From: an uncultured Alphaproteobacteria bacterium | GTDB lineage: Bacteria > Pseudomonadota > Alphaproteobacteria > HIMB59 > GCA-002718135 | Direction: 5' to 3' | NCBI GenBank assembly: GCA_902615745.1 | Contig: CACMQB010000001.1 | Span: forward strand, 26,349-90,348 | Length of the DNA: 64,000 nt | Part shown: piece after piece, positions 10,042-20,019 of the stretch | Layout of the letters: every line of letters begins with the position of its first letter | How positions within the stretch are numbered: position 1 is the first letter of the stretch | Notes under the pieces: generated by a model | Database searches by the model: none | What the model was told of the DNA's origin: nothing | Seen by the model: only the letters and a program-made list of their open reading frames with translations | Position numbers and translations under genes: made by a program

Positions 10042-11161
10042 TCTCTTGTTGGATATTAATTTTATTATCTTTTAAAATTTTAAAAAAATACATTATGTCT
10101 TCTGTTTTATGTGGCGCAGTTTTAACACCAGACTCAATTTTATTATCCATAATTAAATCAATCGCAGCTGATAAAGTAATCGATACAAGTTTGCCCATTG
10201 CAGTATTTTCACCATTTCCCTTTTCATCTAGAAAATAAGAACTATCGAAAATTTTATTATCATTTTCAAAAGCTTTAAGTTTTACAGAAAGTACAACGCG
10301 ATCTTCTTCCTCAGGTAAGTATTTATTATTTTTTAATAATTCTTCACTTTTTTCATTGATTTCAGCTTCTATATTATCTGATCTATTTTCAAGCATTGAA
10401 AAGATATCTTTCCATGCTTCTTTCCAACCGTTTAGCCGCAAAGTTCCTCTTACAAACTCTTTGACTTTCCATTTCTCATCAAACAAGTATTCACTTACAT
10501 ATGGTGTTGAATCCCTGTTTGGATAAGCTTCAAAATCTTCACCAGATATTGAATAAGAGCTAATAGATTTGTAAGGAGTTACAGTATTTATTTTACCTTT
10601 TGTTATATATTTTGCATCATTGTTTAAGGCTTTAATTACTCCAGCTGGAGACCAACTAAATTTATATTTGAAATCATTTGGAATTGCTGGAAAACCTCCA
10701 CAATATGATTCATAAAACACTTCTGTTTTTTCAGTCGAGATTTTTTTAAGATCACTGACAAGTAGATGAGAAAAAAAATGATCGATACCTGGGTCTAAAC
10801 CGACCTCATTGATAAATACTAAATTTTCTTTTCTTACATCTGAATTCAGCATATTTATTTCTGGATTAAGGTAACTAGTAGATGCAAAATGACATTTATG
10901 TTTTAAACAAAGTTCAGCTATTTCTAAATGTTTGTTTGCTGGTAGTTGAGAAATAACAATATCACCTGGATTTGTTTCGTTAAATAATAAATCAACATCA
11001 AACTGTTTTGCGTTAATATTGTTTTTATCTACATGATCAATACTCTTTATAGCCTTATCTAGTGTTCTATTCCATACTGTAAAATTATCTAAATTTTTAG
11101 CTAATCTTCTAATTCCTGGTATAGAAGATAATCCTGTTCCTATCCAATGTACATGTTTCAT
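10034..11161 (-). CDS. Saccharopine dehydrogenase (glutamate-forming, SDH-domain homolog)
   Basis: 375 aa. N-terminal Rossmann fold (WIGTGLSS). Motifs shared with the AASS SDH half and yeast Lys9-type enzymes: EVGLDPGIDH, SYCGG.PA, YKFSWSP.GV, YPNRDS, RGTLR. Confidence 0.8.
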   Translation of the reverse strand: MKHVHWIGTGLSSIPGIRRLAKNLDNFTVWNRTLDKAIKSIDHVDKNNINAKQFDVDLLFNETNPGDIVISQLPANKHLEIAELCLKHKCHFASTSYLNPEINMLNSDVRKENLVFINEVGLDPGIDHFFSHLLVSDLKKISTEKTEVFYESYCGGFPAIPNDFKYKFSWSPAGVIKALNNDAKYITKGKINTVTPYKSISSYSISGEDFEAYPNRDSTPYVSEYLFDEKWKVKEFVRGTLRLNGWKEAWKDIFSMLENRSDNIEAEINEKSEELLKNNKYLPEEEDRVVLSVKLKAFENDNKIFDSSYFLDEKGNGENTAMGKLVSITLSAAIDLIMDNKIESGVKTAPHKTEDIMYFFKILKDNKINIQQENG

Positions 11162-11226
11162 AGTCTTATTTACTTTTATATTAAATTGTTTACTACATTA
11201 ATGAAACTTAAAATACGGTAATTTAT

Positions 11227-12036
11227 TTGACTTCAATAGTATTTATTTTTTTATTAACAGGTCTAGTCTCTGGTTTTATTGCAGGATTATTAGGAGTTGG
11301 AGGTGGAATAATAATTGTACCTGTAACTTACTTTATTTTACTTTATCTTGGTTATAGCTCTGAAATTGTCATGCATGTTGCTGTAGCATCTTCTCTTGGT
11401 GTAATTTGTTTTACTTCAATTTCTTCCATAAGATCCCATGTTAAGCTTAAAAATACCAATTTAATAATTGTAAAAAAATGGGCAATAGGAATAATAATAG
11501 GATCAATTGTAGGTTCAATCGCAGCTAGTTCTATTTCAGGACAGAGTTTAGTAATTCTTTTTGTAATTCTAGCATTTTTGATTTCCTTAAATATGCTGTT
11601 TCAACAAAATCCAATAATTGTAAGTTACGACATACCATCATCTAATATAATTAACTTTGCAATAAGCTCTTCTATTGGTTTTTTATCTGCAACAATTGGA
11701 ATAGGGGGCGGTAGTTTTAGTGTTCCAACTTTAACAATGTTTTCAAAAAAGATTCATGAAGCAGTTGGAACCTCTGCTGTTTTTGGTTTTTTAATTGCTT
11801 TTCCAGGAACACTTACATTTATGTATACTGGGTCAAATATAAATGAACTTCCCATTTATTCTCTTGGTTACGTAAATGTTATAATAGTTTTTTTTATATC
11901 GCTAACTAGTATATTTACTGCTGGAATTGGTGCAAAAGTTTCATCAAATATAGATAAGTTAGTATTAAGAAAGATTTTTGCTATTTTTTTGTTGTTAACT
12001 TGTGCTAGTCTAATTATTGAACATTTTATAATTTAA
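11227..12036 (+). CDS. TauE/SafE (DUF81) family anion exporter/permease
   Basis: 269 aa with a TTG start. A duplicated 4-TM module carries the GVGGG/GIGGG signatures of the TauE family. Confidence 0.8.
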   Translation: MTSIVFIFLLTGLVSGFIAGLLGVGGGIIIVPVTYFILLYLGYSSEIVMHVAVASSLGVICFTSISSIRSHVKLKNTNLIIVKKWAIGIIIGSIVGSIAASSISGQSLVILFVILAFLISLNMLFQQNPIIVSYDIPSSNIINFAISSSIGFLSATIGIGGGSFSVPTLTMFSKKIHEAVGTSAVFGFLIAFPGTLTFMYTGSNINELPIYSLGYVNVIIVFFISLTSIFTAGIGAKVSSNIDKLVLRKIFAIFLLLTCASLIIEHFII

Positions 12037-13239
12037 ATGAATTTTGTTGCAGATAGACTAAGTAAAATAAAACCTTCAATGACTGTAGGTATAAATGTCA
12101 AAGCTAAAGCTTTGAAGGATGAGGGTAAGGATGTAATTGTTCTTGCAGCAGGTGAGCCAGATTTTAACACACCAAAAAATATAAGAGATGCTGCTAGTAA
12201 AGCGATGGAAGAGGGTAAAACAAAATATGTACCAGGTAAAGGTACACCAGAATTACAAAAAGCAATTCAGAAAAAATTTAGAGAAGATAATAATATAGAA
12301 TATCAATTAGATGAAATCATATGCGGTGTTGGAGGAAAACACATTATCTATAATGCTATGATGGCAACAATTAATCCAGGAGATGAGGTCATTATAACAG
12401 CTCCTTTTTGGGTTAGTTATCCAGATATTGTTTTATTAGCAGAAGGGATCCCTATCATAGTTGAGTGCCCTCAATCACAAAATTTTAAAATTACACCAGA
12501 ACAATTAGAAAAAAATATAAATTCTAAAACAAAATGGTTAATGCTGAATAGTCCTAGTAATCCAACTGGATCAGTTTATTCAAAAAAAGAGCTAGAAGAC
12601 TTAGCACATATCTTAAAAAAGTATCCTAATGTTCTTATTATGTGTGATGATATATACGAAAAAATTGTTTACGATGGAGTAGAGTTTCACACTCTTGCTT
12701 CTATTGAACCTTCACTGAAAGAAAGATGTTTGACACTAAACGGTGTTTCAAAATCATATTGCATGACAGGATGGAGACTTGGATATTGTGGAGCTACAAA
12801 AGAGATTATTGCTGCTATGAACAAAATACAATCGCAAAGCACAACATCAACTTCTTCAATCACAATGGCTGCTGCAGTTGAAGCTATTGGTGGTCCGCAA
12901 GATTTTATATACGAGCATAATAAAAAATTTTTAAAACGCAGAGATCTAGTATTGAACAAATTAAATGATATTGATGGAATTACATGTCAAAAACCAGAAG
13001 GAGCTTTTTACGTTTATCCAAATTGTGAGGGCATAATTGGAAAAAAGACACCAAATGGAAAACATATCTCCAATGATGAAGATTTCATGACATATCTTTT
13101 AGAAGATCAAGGTGTAGCAGGAGTTCATGGTGCAGCATTTGGGTTATCGCCTTATTTTAGATTATCCTATGCAACTAGTGATTCAATTCTAGAAGATGCC
13201 TGCAACAGAATAAAAGAAGCTTGTAATAAGCTTACTTAA
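12037..13239 (+). CDS. Aspartate aminotransferase (class I PLP-dependent aminotransferase)
   Basis: 400 aa. Motifs GEPDF.TP, NSPSNPTG, and SKSY.MTGWR.GY (PLP lysine). The start codon directly abuts the previous stop (TAAATG). Confidence 0.9.
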   Translation: MNFVADRLSKIKPSMTVGINVKAKALKDEGKDVIVLAAGEPDFNTPKNIRDAASKAMEEGKTKYVPGKGTPELQKAIQKKFREDNNIEYQLDEIICGVGGKHIIYNAMMATINPGDEVIITAPFWVSYPDIVLLAEGIPIIVECPQSQNFKITPEQLEKNINSKTKWLMLNSPSNPTGSVYSKKELEDLAHILKKYPNVLIMCDDIYEKIVYDGVEFHTLASIEPSLKERCLTLNGVSKSYCMTGWRLGYCGATKEIIAAMNKIQSQSTTSTSSITMAAAVEAIGGPQDFIYEHNKKFLKRRDLVLNKLNDIDGITCQKPEGAFYVYPNCEGIIGKKTPNGKHISNDEDFMTYLLEDQGVAGVHGAAFGLSPYFRLSYATSDSILEDACNRIKEACNKLT

Positions 13240-14668
13240 GATCTTTATCAGCAATTATTTCAGCTAATCTAAGTAGATTAGTAGTGCCAGCACTTCCAAA
13301 TGGAACACCAGCCGAAATAACCACATTATCTCCTGGTTTTACTAATTTTTTATTTTTAGCAATTGAACATGCGATATTAACCATATCTTGTGCATTTTGA
13401 GCATCTTCTTGTGTATGGCAGGAGTTTACTCCCCAATATAATTGCATTTTTCTTGTAGTGTTAATATTTGGAGATAAACCAACAATTTGAACTGGCGCTC
13501 TTTCCCTTGCCATTCTAGTCGTTGTTCTTCCACTTACAGAAAATGTAATTATTGCTTTTGCATCAGATTTTTTTGCAATTGAGTAAGCTGCTAAAGTTAT
13601 TGCATCTGTATTATCAACATCATCAACATTGTCTTGTATAATACGTAAGTCGTAATTATTTTTATCATTTTCAACATTTTCTATTATTTTATTCATAATT
13701 CTTACTACTTCTAACGGATGAGCTCCAACGGCAGATTCACCAGATAACATTACAGCATCTGTTCCGTCATAAATAGCATTAGCAACATCAGATGCTTCTG
13801 CTCTAGTTGGCACAAGATTTTCAATCATACTTTCAAGCATTTGTGTAGCAACGACAACTGGTTTTCCAAAGTGCCTACATCTTTTTATAATATTTTTTTG
13901 AACTATAGGAACTTGTTCTGTTGGCATTTCAACACCCAAATCACCTCTAGCTATCATAATACCATCTGCAGCATTTATAATATCATCAATATTTTTTACT
14001 GCTGAAGGTTTTTCAATTTTTGCCATTACTAGTGCTTTATTTTTAATTATTTTTTTTAGTTTGTGAATATCCTCTGCTTGTTGTACGAAAGAAAGTGCAA
14101 CCCAATCAACTCCCATATCTAAAGCTTTCATAAGATCAGATTTATCTTTTTTGGTAAGTGCGTCTATAGGAAGAATTACATCAGGTATATTGACACCTTT
14201 ATTATTTGAGATTTCAGCATCATTTAAAACTTCTGTAATTAAACTATCTTTTTTTTGTTCAACAACTTGCAATCTAATCCTTCCATCATTTACTAATAAA
14301 ATAGAATTAGGTGTTAAAAAATCATATATTTCTTCATGGGGAAAGTTCACCCTATTATTATCTCCAGGTTCAGTTGAAAGATCTAGTACAAAATTTTGAC
14401 CTTTAACTAAATTTTCTTTTGTATTCTTAAATATACCCACTCTTAACTTGGGTCCTTGTAAGTCAGCTAATATGCATGATGCATGATCATGTTTTTCTTC
14501 AAGAGATCTAATAGTTTCATAATTTTTTCTATGAGTTTCTAAATCACCATGTGAAAAATTTAATCTAAAAACATCACATCCAGCCACAAACAAATCTTCT
14601 ATTATTTTTTTATCTGATGATGCAGGACCTAGTGTAGCTAAAATTTTAGCTTTTCTGTTACGTTTCAT
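13232..14668 (-). CDS. pyk: Pyruvate kinase
   Basis: 478 aa. Motifs RKAKILATLGPAS, FRLNFSHG, MIARGDLGVE and TQMLESM are canonical PK motifs. Confidence 0.95.
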   Translation of the reverse strand: MKRNRKAKILATLGPASSDKKIIEDLFVAGCDVFRLNFSHGDLETHRKNYETIRSLEEKHDHASCILADLQGPKLRVGIFKNTKENLVKGQNFVLDLSTEPGDNNRVNFPHEEIYDFLTPNSILLVNDGRIRLQVVEQKKDSLITEVLNDAEISNNKGVNIPDVILPIDALTKKDKSDLMKALDMGVDWVALSFVQQAEDIHKLKKIIKNKALVMAKIEKPSAVKNIDDIINAADGIMIARGDLGVEMPTEQVPIVQKNIIKRCRHFGKPVVVATQMLESMIENLVPTRAEASDVANAIYDGTDAVMLSGESAVGAHPLEVVRIMNKIIENVENDKNNYDLRIIQDNVDDVDNTDAITLAAYSIAKKSDAKAIITFSVSGRTTTRMARERAPVQIVGLSPNINTTRKMQLYWGVNSCHTQEDAQNAQDMVNIACSIAKNKKLVKPGDNVVISAGVPFGSAGTTNLLRLAEIIADKDLK

Positions 14669-14721
14669 TAATAATTATATATATAACACAAAAAAAGATT
14701 TATATAATTTATTTACGTAAT

Positions 14722-15012
14722 ATGACCAAAAACTTTGATAGAGATTTACTTGCCGATGTTGCAGAAAGATTGATCAATCATCTAAAAAATAGAACAGATG
14801 TACAAAATATTGATTTAATGAATTTGTCTGGTTTTTGCAGAAACTGTCTTTCAAAATGGTATGTAAGTGCAGCAGAGAAGAAAAATATTTCTATTTCATA
14901 CGATGAAGCACGAGAAATAATCTATGGTATGCCATACGAAGAGTGGAAAACAAAATTTCAAAAAGAAATCACTCCTAAGCAAAAAGAAAAGTTTGATAAA
15001 GGAAAAACTTAG
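14722..15012 (+). CDS. DUF1244 family protein
   Basis: 96 aa. The FCRNCLSKWY core and overall size match the alphaproteobacterial DUF1244 family. Confidence 0.7.
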   Translation: MTKNFDRDLLADVAERLINHLKNRTDVQNIDLMNLSGFCRNCLSKWYVSAAEKKNISISYDEAREIIYGMPYEEWKTKFQKEITPKQKEKFDKGKT

Positions 15013-16811
15013 TATAGTTTTTCTAAATTCTCTCCATACATCTCTTTTACTTTAAACCTTCTTACTTTCATTGAAGGAGTCATCATATTGTTTTCAATTG
15101 TAAACTCGTGATCAATTAGAATAAATTTTCTTATTTGCTCAATGCTAGAAAGGCTTTTATTGACTTTGTCTACAACTTCTTTCATTTTTTTATTAAATAA
15201 AGAATCTTGAATTATTTTTTTTAAATTACCCTCAACATTATTTTCTTTTGCCCATTCTAAAGCTAAATCTTTATTAGGCACTAAGATCGCAACTAGGTAA
15301 TTTTTGAAATCTCCATATAACATTGATTGAGCAATTTCAGGTTCAATATCTAATTTTGCCTCTATTCTTGAAGGAGAAATATTATCACCACCAGCATTTA
15401 CAATAATATCTTTTTTCCTATCCGTTATCTTTAAATAGCCTTCTTCATCAAATTCACCAATATCACCTGTATGAACCCATCCATTAATTATAGTTTTATT
15501 AGTTGACTCAGGATCATTCCAATAACCATTCATAATTAGTTCACCACGAGCTAAAATTTCTCCATCTTCAGAAATTTTCACTTCATTGCCTTGAAGAACT
15601 TTTCCAACAGTATCTAATTTAATTTTTTCAGGAGGGTTTGCGGAAATAACAGGAGCGGTTTCAGTTTGTCCGTATCCTTGAAGTAGTGGAAGGCCAAGCG
15701 CGCTTAGGTATAATCCAACTTCAAAATTTAGTGCTGCTCCTCCTGATATCAATGCTCTGAGACTTCCACCAAATCTTTTCTTAACTTTTTTTCTCACTAT
15801 CCTATCCATCAATCCATTCATAAGTCTTTCAGAAAAGCTCATCTGCTCACCAAAATATTTTTTCTTTCCTAGATTTAATGTAATTGCAAAGAAGCGTTGA
15901 CTTAATTTACTTTGGTTTTTGAGACCTTGTGAAATACGTGTGTGTAAAGAATCATAAAACCTTGGAACAGCAGTCATAAAATGTGGTGCTGCTTCAGCCA
16001 TATTTACTAATAATTTATCTATACTTTCAGCGTAATAGATTTGTGCGCCTTGCCCCATTTCTAAAAATTGTAAAGTATGCTCATATGAATGAGATAAAGG
16101 CAACCATGATAAATATCTAATTTCTTTTGTTAAATCATTAGTAAGACTCTCAAGTAATTTATCACAGGAAGCACAGTTTCTTAGCATTGCTCCATGACTT
16201 AACATCACTCCCTTAGGATTACCTCCAGTACCTGATGTATAAATAATACATGCTGTATCTTTTCTTTTAAAATTTTTTGATAATTCTTCTATTTCATTAG
16301 AATTTTTACTTTTTTCTAAATTGTCATTTATAATTTTGTTGTATGATAAAATATTTACAACTTCGGTATAAGTTTCATTATCATCATTAATTTTTATTAC
16401 ATTTTGACAATGTGAAATTTGTTCTATTGCAGGTAGAACTTTTTTCATTAACTCGTGTGATGAAACGATGGCACATCTAGCACCAGAATGCTCAATAATA
16501 TATTTGTAGTCATTCGTTGTGCTTGTTGTATAAGCAGGCACTGAAATTGCTCCTATAGACATTATTGCTAAATCAGAGATTTGCCATTCAGGTCTATTTT
16601 CAGATAAAATTAATACTCTATCTCCCTCTAAAATACCCAGATCTTTTAAGTATGTTGCTAAACTTTCGACTTGTTCTTTTACTTGTGACCAACTTAAAGA
16701 AACATATTTATCATTCTCTTTGTTCCACAAATATGGTTGATCTTTTAAATTATTTGCTTGATGATAAAATATACCCGGTATGCTATTAAATTCGTCAAAA
16801 TTAACAATCAT
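15009..16811 (-). CDS. Long-chain fatty acid-CoA ligase (AMP-binding superfamily)
   Basis: 600 aa. AMP-binding motif IIYTSGTGGNPKGVMLSH, plus GYGQTET and TGDIGEFDEEGYLKITDRKKD. Confidence 0.85.
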   Translation of the reverse strand: MIVNFDEFNSIPGIFYHQANNLKDQPYLWNKENDKYVSLSWSQVKEQVESLATYLKDLGILEGDRVLILSENRPEWQISDLAIMSIGAISVPAYTTSTTNDYKYIIEHSGARCAIVSSHELMKKVLPAIEQISHCQNVIKINDDNETYTEVVNILSYNKIINDNLEKSKNSNEIEELSKNFKRKDTACIIYTSGTGGNPKGVMLSHGAMLRNCASCDKLLESLTNDLTKEIRYLSWLPLSHSYEHTLQFLEMGQGAQIYYAESIDKLLVNMAEAAPHFMTAVPRFYDSLHTRISQGLKNQSKLSQRFFAITLNLGKKKYFGEQMSFSERLMNGLMDRIVRKKVKKRFGGSLRALISGGAALNFEVGLYLSALGLPLLQGYGQTETAPVISANPPEKIKLDTVGKVLQGNEVKISEDGEILARGELIMNGYWNDPESTNKTIINGWVHTGDIGEFDEEGYLKITDRKKDIIVNAGGDNISPSRIEAKLDIEPEIAQSMLYGDFKNYLVAILVPNKDLALEWAKENNVEGNLKKIIQDSLFNKKMKEVVDKVNKSLSSIEQIRKFILIDHEFTIENNMMTPSMKVRRFKVKEMYGENLEKLY

Positions 16812-16867
16812 GCTTTCTGCCCTCCCTACAAAGCTTAGATATTAGACCTATATCGAAATAGTAAAAT

Positions 16868-18664
16868 ATGAAACAAAAAAATTATCAAAATTCAACAAAA
16901 AATACCCTTGGCAAACTACCAATTTGGAATTTAAAGGATTTATATGAATCGCCAAAAGCCAAGAAGCTGAATAATGATTTAAATAATCTCAGAATATCAA
17001 CTAAAAAATTTGAGAAAAAATTTGCATCCAAAATCACCAAGATTAGTTCTAATCAACTCTTGAAAGCCATTATTGAATTAGAGAATATTGATACAAAAAT
17101 AGATAAAATTATGTCTTATGCACACTTATTAGTTGCAGAGGATGGTAACAATGAAAAGAATAAAATTTTTTATCAACAAATGCAGGAGCAAATTACAAAT
17201 ATTGCCTCTTCAATTGTCTTCTTTAGTCTTGAGATAAATGAAATTTCTGAAAAAAATTTAAAAAAAATTTATGCTGATAAAAAACTAAAGATTTACAAAA
17301 ATTGGATAAAAAATATTCGAAAATTCAAACCTTATCAATTAGATGTTAAAACAGAAAAATTACTTCAAGAAAAAAGTATTACTTCTAGATCAGCCTGGAT
17401 CAGACTATTTGATGATACAATTGCATCACTAAAATTTCCCTTTAAGGGAAAAAATTTATCTAGTGCTGAAATTTTTAATTTACTTTCTGATAAAAAAGAA
17501 TCAAATCGTAAAAAATCAGCTGAGGTAGTATCTGCTGTCCTAAAAGATAACATTAGCTTGTTTACATCTATTACTAATAATCTTGCAAAAGATAAATCAA
17601 TCAATGATAAATGGAGAGGATTACCAAATCCAGTCAGTTCAAGAAATTTATCTAATGTTGTAGAAGATGAAGTTGTAGAAGCCCTAACAGAAACAATAAA
17701 AGAAAATTATCCAAAAATTGCTCATCGTTATTATAAAATAAAATCTAAATGGTTAAAAAAGAAATCTTTAATGTATTGGGACAGAAATGCACCTCTTCCT
17801 TTCCAATCACAGAGTATTTATTCCTGGAAAGATGCAAGACAAATTGTAACTAATGCTTATTCAAATTTTGATAAGAGAGCAGGAAATATTGTAAATAAAT
17901 TTTTTGATAATTCATGGATACACGCTCCAGTAAAATTAGGAAAATCTCCTGGTGCGTTCGCTGCTTCTACTGTACCATCAGTTCATCCATTCATACTTGT
18001 TAATTATCAAGGCAAAGCAAGAGATATAGCTACGCTTGCTCATGAACTAGGACATGGAATTCATCAATATCTAGCTGGACAAAAACAAACTTATTTTAAT
18101 TCCTCAACTCCGTTAACTCTTGCTGAAACAGCAAGTGTTTTTGGGGAAATGTTAACTTTTAAATCTCTTTTATCTATTACGACAAAAGAAAATGAACGTA
18201 AGGGGCTTTTGGCAAACAAAGTTGAAGATATGCTAAACACTGTTGTAAGGCAGATTGCATTTTTTGAATTTGAAAAACGTATTCATCATCAAAGAAAAAT
18301 TAAAGAATTAAGTGTTGATGAGATTTGTGAAATTTGGATTGATGTTCAAAAGAAAAGCTTAGGACCATCAATAAAATTTAATGATGATTACAAATATTTT
18401 TGGAGCTATATACCCCATTTCATTCATTCACCATTTTATGTTTATGCATATGCTTTTGGTGATTGTCTTGTTAATTCTCTTTTTAATGTTTACGAAAGCA
18501 AACTCCCTAAATTCGAAGACAAATACATTACTTTGTTAGAGAGCGGTGGAAGTGATACATATGATAAATTATTGAAGCCTTTTGGATTAAATCCGAAGAA
18601 AAAAGATTTCTGGCAAAAAGGAGTTAATGTTATTGAGAATTTGATTGACCAATTAGAGGAATAA
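16868..18664 (+). CDS. pepF: Oligoendopeptidase F family (M3B zinc metallopeptidase)
   Basis: 598 aa. HELGHGIH zinc motif with a downstream E (ETASVFGE), and typical M3B length. Confidence 0.88.
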   Translation: MKQKNYQNSTKNTLGKLPIWNLKDLYESPKAKKLNNDLNNLRISTKKFEKKFASKITKISSNQLLKAIIELENIDTKIDKIMSYAHLLVAEDGNNEKNKIFYQQMQEQITNIASSIVFFSLEINEISEKNLKKIYADKKLKIYKNWIKNIRKFKPYQLDVKTEKLLQEKSITSRSAWIRLFDDTIASLKFPFKGKNLSSAEIFNLLSDKKESNRKKSAEVVSAVLKDNISLFTSITNNLAKDKSINDKWRGLPNPVSSRNLSNVVEDEVVEALTETIKENYPKIAHRYYKIKSKWLKKKSLMYWDRNAPLPFQSQSIYSWKDARQIVTNAYSNFDKRAGNIVNKFFDNSWIHAPVKLGKSPGAFAASTVPSVHPFILVNYQGKARDIATLAHELGHGIHQYLAGQKQTYFNSSTPLTLAETASVFGEMLTFKSLLSITTKENERKGLLANKVEDMLNTVVRQIAFFEFEKRIHHQRKIKELSVDEICEIWIDVQKKSLGPSIKFNDDYKYFWSYIPHFIHSPFYVYAYAFGDCLVNSLFNVYESKLPKFEDKYITLLESGGSDTYDKLLKPFGLNPKKKDFWQKGVNVIENLIDQLEE

Positions 18665-18669
18665 AATTG

Positions 18670-20013
18670 ATGAAAGATAAAGAAGCAAAGTCTCTAACAA
18701 AACAACTTACGAGGTATGCTAAAGTTGGTGGTGTTGTTGGAAAATTAGCCACTAAACTTGCAAGTCAAAGATATTTAGGCGTTAAGTTAGATAAAGAAAA
18801 ACATGCTTCAGAAATAAGAGCTGCTCTTGGAAGTATTAAGGGGCCATTAATGAAAGTGGCACAATTATCAGCAACTATACCTGACTTACTTCCTGATGAG
18901 TACGCGCAAGAACTTATGCATTTACAGTCTAATGCTCCACCCATGGGATGGTTATTTGTTAAAAGAAGAATGGCTGCAGAATTAAAGCAGGACTGGCAAA
19001 AAAATTTTATTGAGTTTGATAAAGAAGCAACAAGAGCAGCTTCTCTTGGACAAGTTCATAAAGCTAAAATAAAAAATGATGATATAGTCGCTTGCAAACT
19101 CCAATACCCAGACATGGCTTCAGCAGTTAGTGCTGATCTTTCACAATTAAAAATGATTTTTTCAATTTATCAATCCTATAATAAAGCGATCAAAACTGAT
19201 GAAGTATACAAAGAAATTACTGACAGACTTAAAGAAGAGCTAGATTACGAAAGAGAAAAAAAATTAATGGCTGTATTTAGAAATATATTTTCAAATATAA
19301 ATTTTGTTCACGTTCCAAAAACCTATGAAAAATTATCTACAAAAAGATTGCTAACTATGAGTTGGCTAGATGGTGAGCCCATTTTAAATTTTAAAAAATC
19401 CTCTAAAGAAACAAGAAATACATTAGCAGCAAATATGTATAAAGCTTGGTATAAACCATTTTTCGAATACGGGGTGCTTCACGGAGATCCACATTTAGGA
19501 AATTATTCTGTACAAAAAAAAGACCTTAGCATTAATATATATGACTTTGGTTGTATGAGAATTTTTAATGGTAATTTTATTCAAGGTGTAATTGATTTAT
19601 ATTTTGCTCTTCAAGAAAATGATAATTCAAAGGCAGTTCATGCATATGAGCAATGGGGATTTACAGATATTACAAAAGAGAAATTAAAAGTATTAAATAA
19701 ATGGGCAGGATTTTTATATTCACCATTGATGGAAGATAAAGTTCAAAAAATACAAGAAAGTGATAGTGGTATATATGGAGCACAAATTGCATCTGAAGTT
19801 CATCAAGAACTTAAGAAATTAGGCGGTGTTAAACCCCCAAAAGAATTTGTGTTCATGGATAGAGCAGCAGTAGGATTAGGTTCAGTGTTTATGCATTTAA
19901 AAGCAGAAGTTAATTGGTACAGAATATTCCATGAGCTCATTGAAGATTTTGACTCAAAAAAATTAATGAAAAACCAACAAAAAGCTTTAAATTTAGCGAA
20001 CCTATCAATATAA
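18670..20013 (+). CDS. ABC1/UbiB (ADCK) atypical kinase family protein
   Basis: About 447 aa. Has the ABC1 domain features AASLGQVHKA, HGDPHLGN and the conserved N-terminal KxGQ-like region (MKVAQLSAT). ATG at 18670 is preferred over the TTG at 18667 in the track. Confidence 0.85.
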   Translation: MKDKEAKSLTKQLTRYAKVGGVVGKLATKLASQRYLGVKLDKEKHASEIRAALGSIKGPLMKVAQLSATIPDLLPDEYAQELMHLQSNAPPMGWLFVKRRMAAELKQDWQKNFIEFDKEATRAASLGQVHKAKIKNDDIVACKLQYPDMASAVSADLSQLKMIFSIYQSYNKAIKTDEVYKEITDRLKEELDYEREKKLMAVFRNIFSNINFVHVPKTYEKLSTKRLLTMSWLDGEPILNFKKSSKETRNTLAANMYKAWYKPFFEYGVLHGDPHLGNYSVQKKDLSINIYDFGCMRIFNGNFIQGVIDLYFALQENDNSKAVHAYEQWGFTDITKEKLKVLNKWAGFLYSPLMEDKVQKIQESDSGIYGAQIASEVHQELKKLGGVKPPKEFVFMDRAAVGLGSVFMHLKAEVNWYRIFHELIEDFDSKKLMKNQQKALNLANLSI

Positions 20014-20019
20014 GAACTC

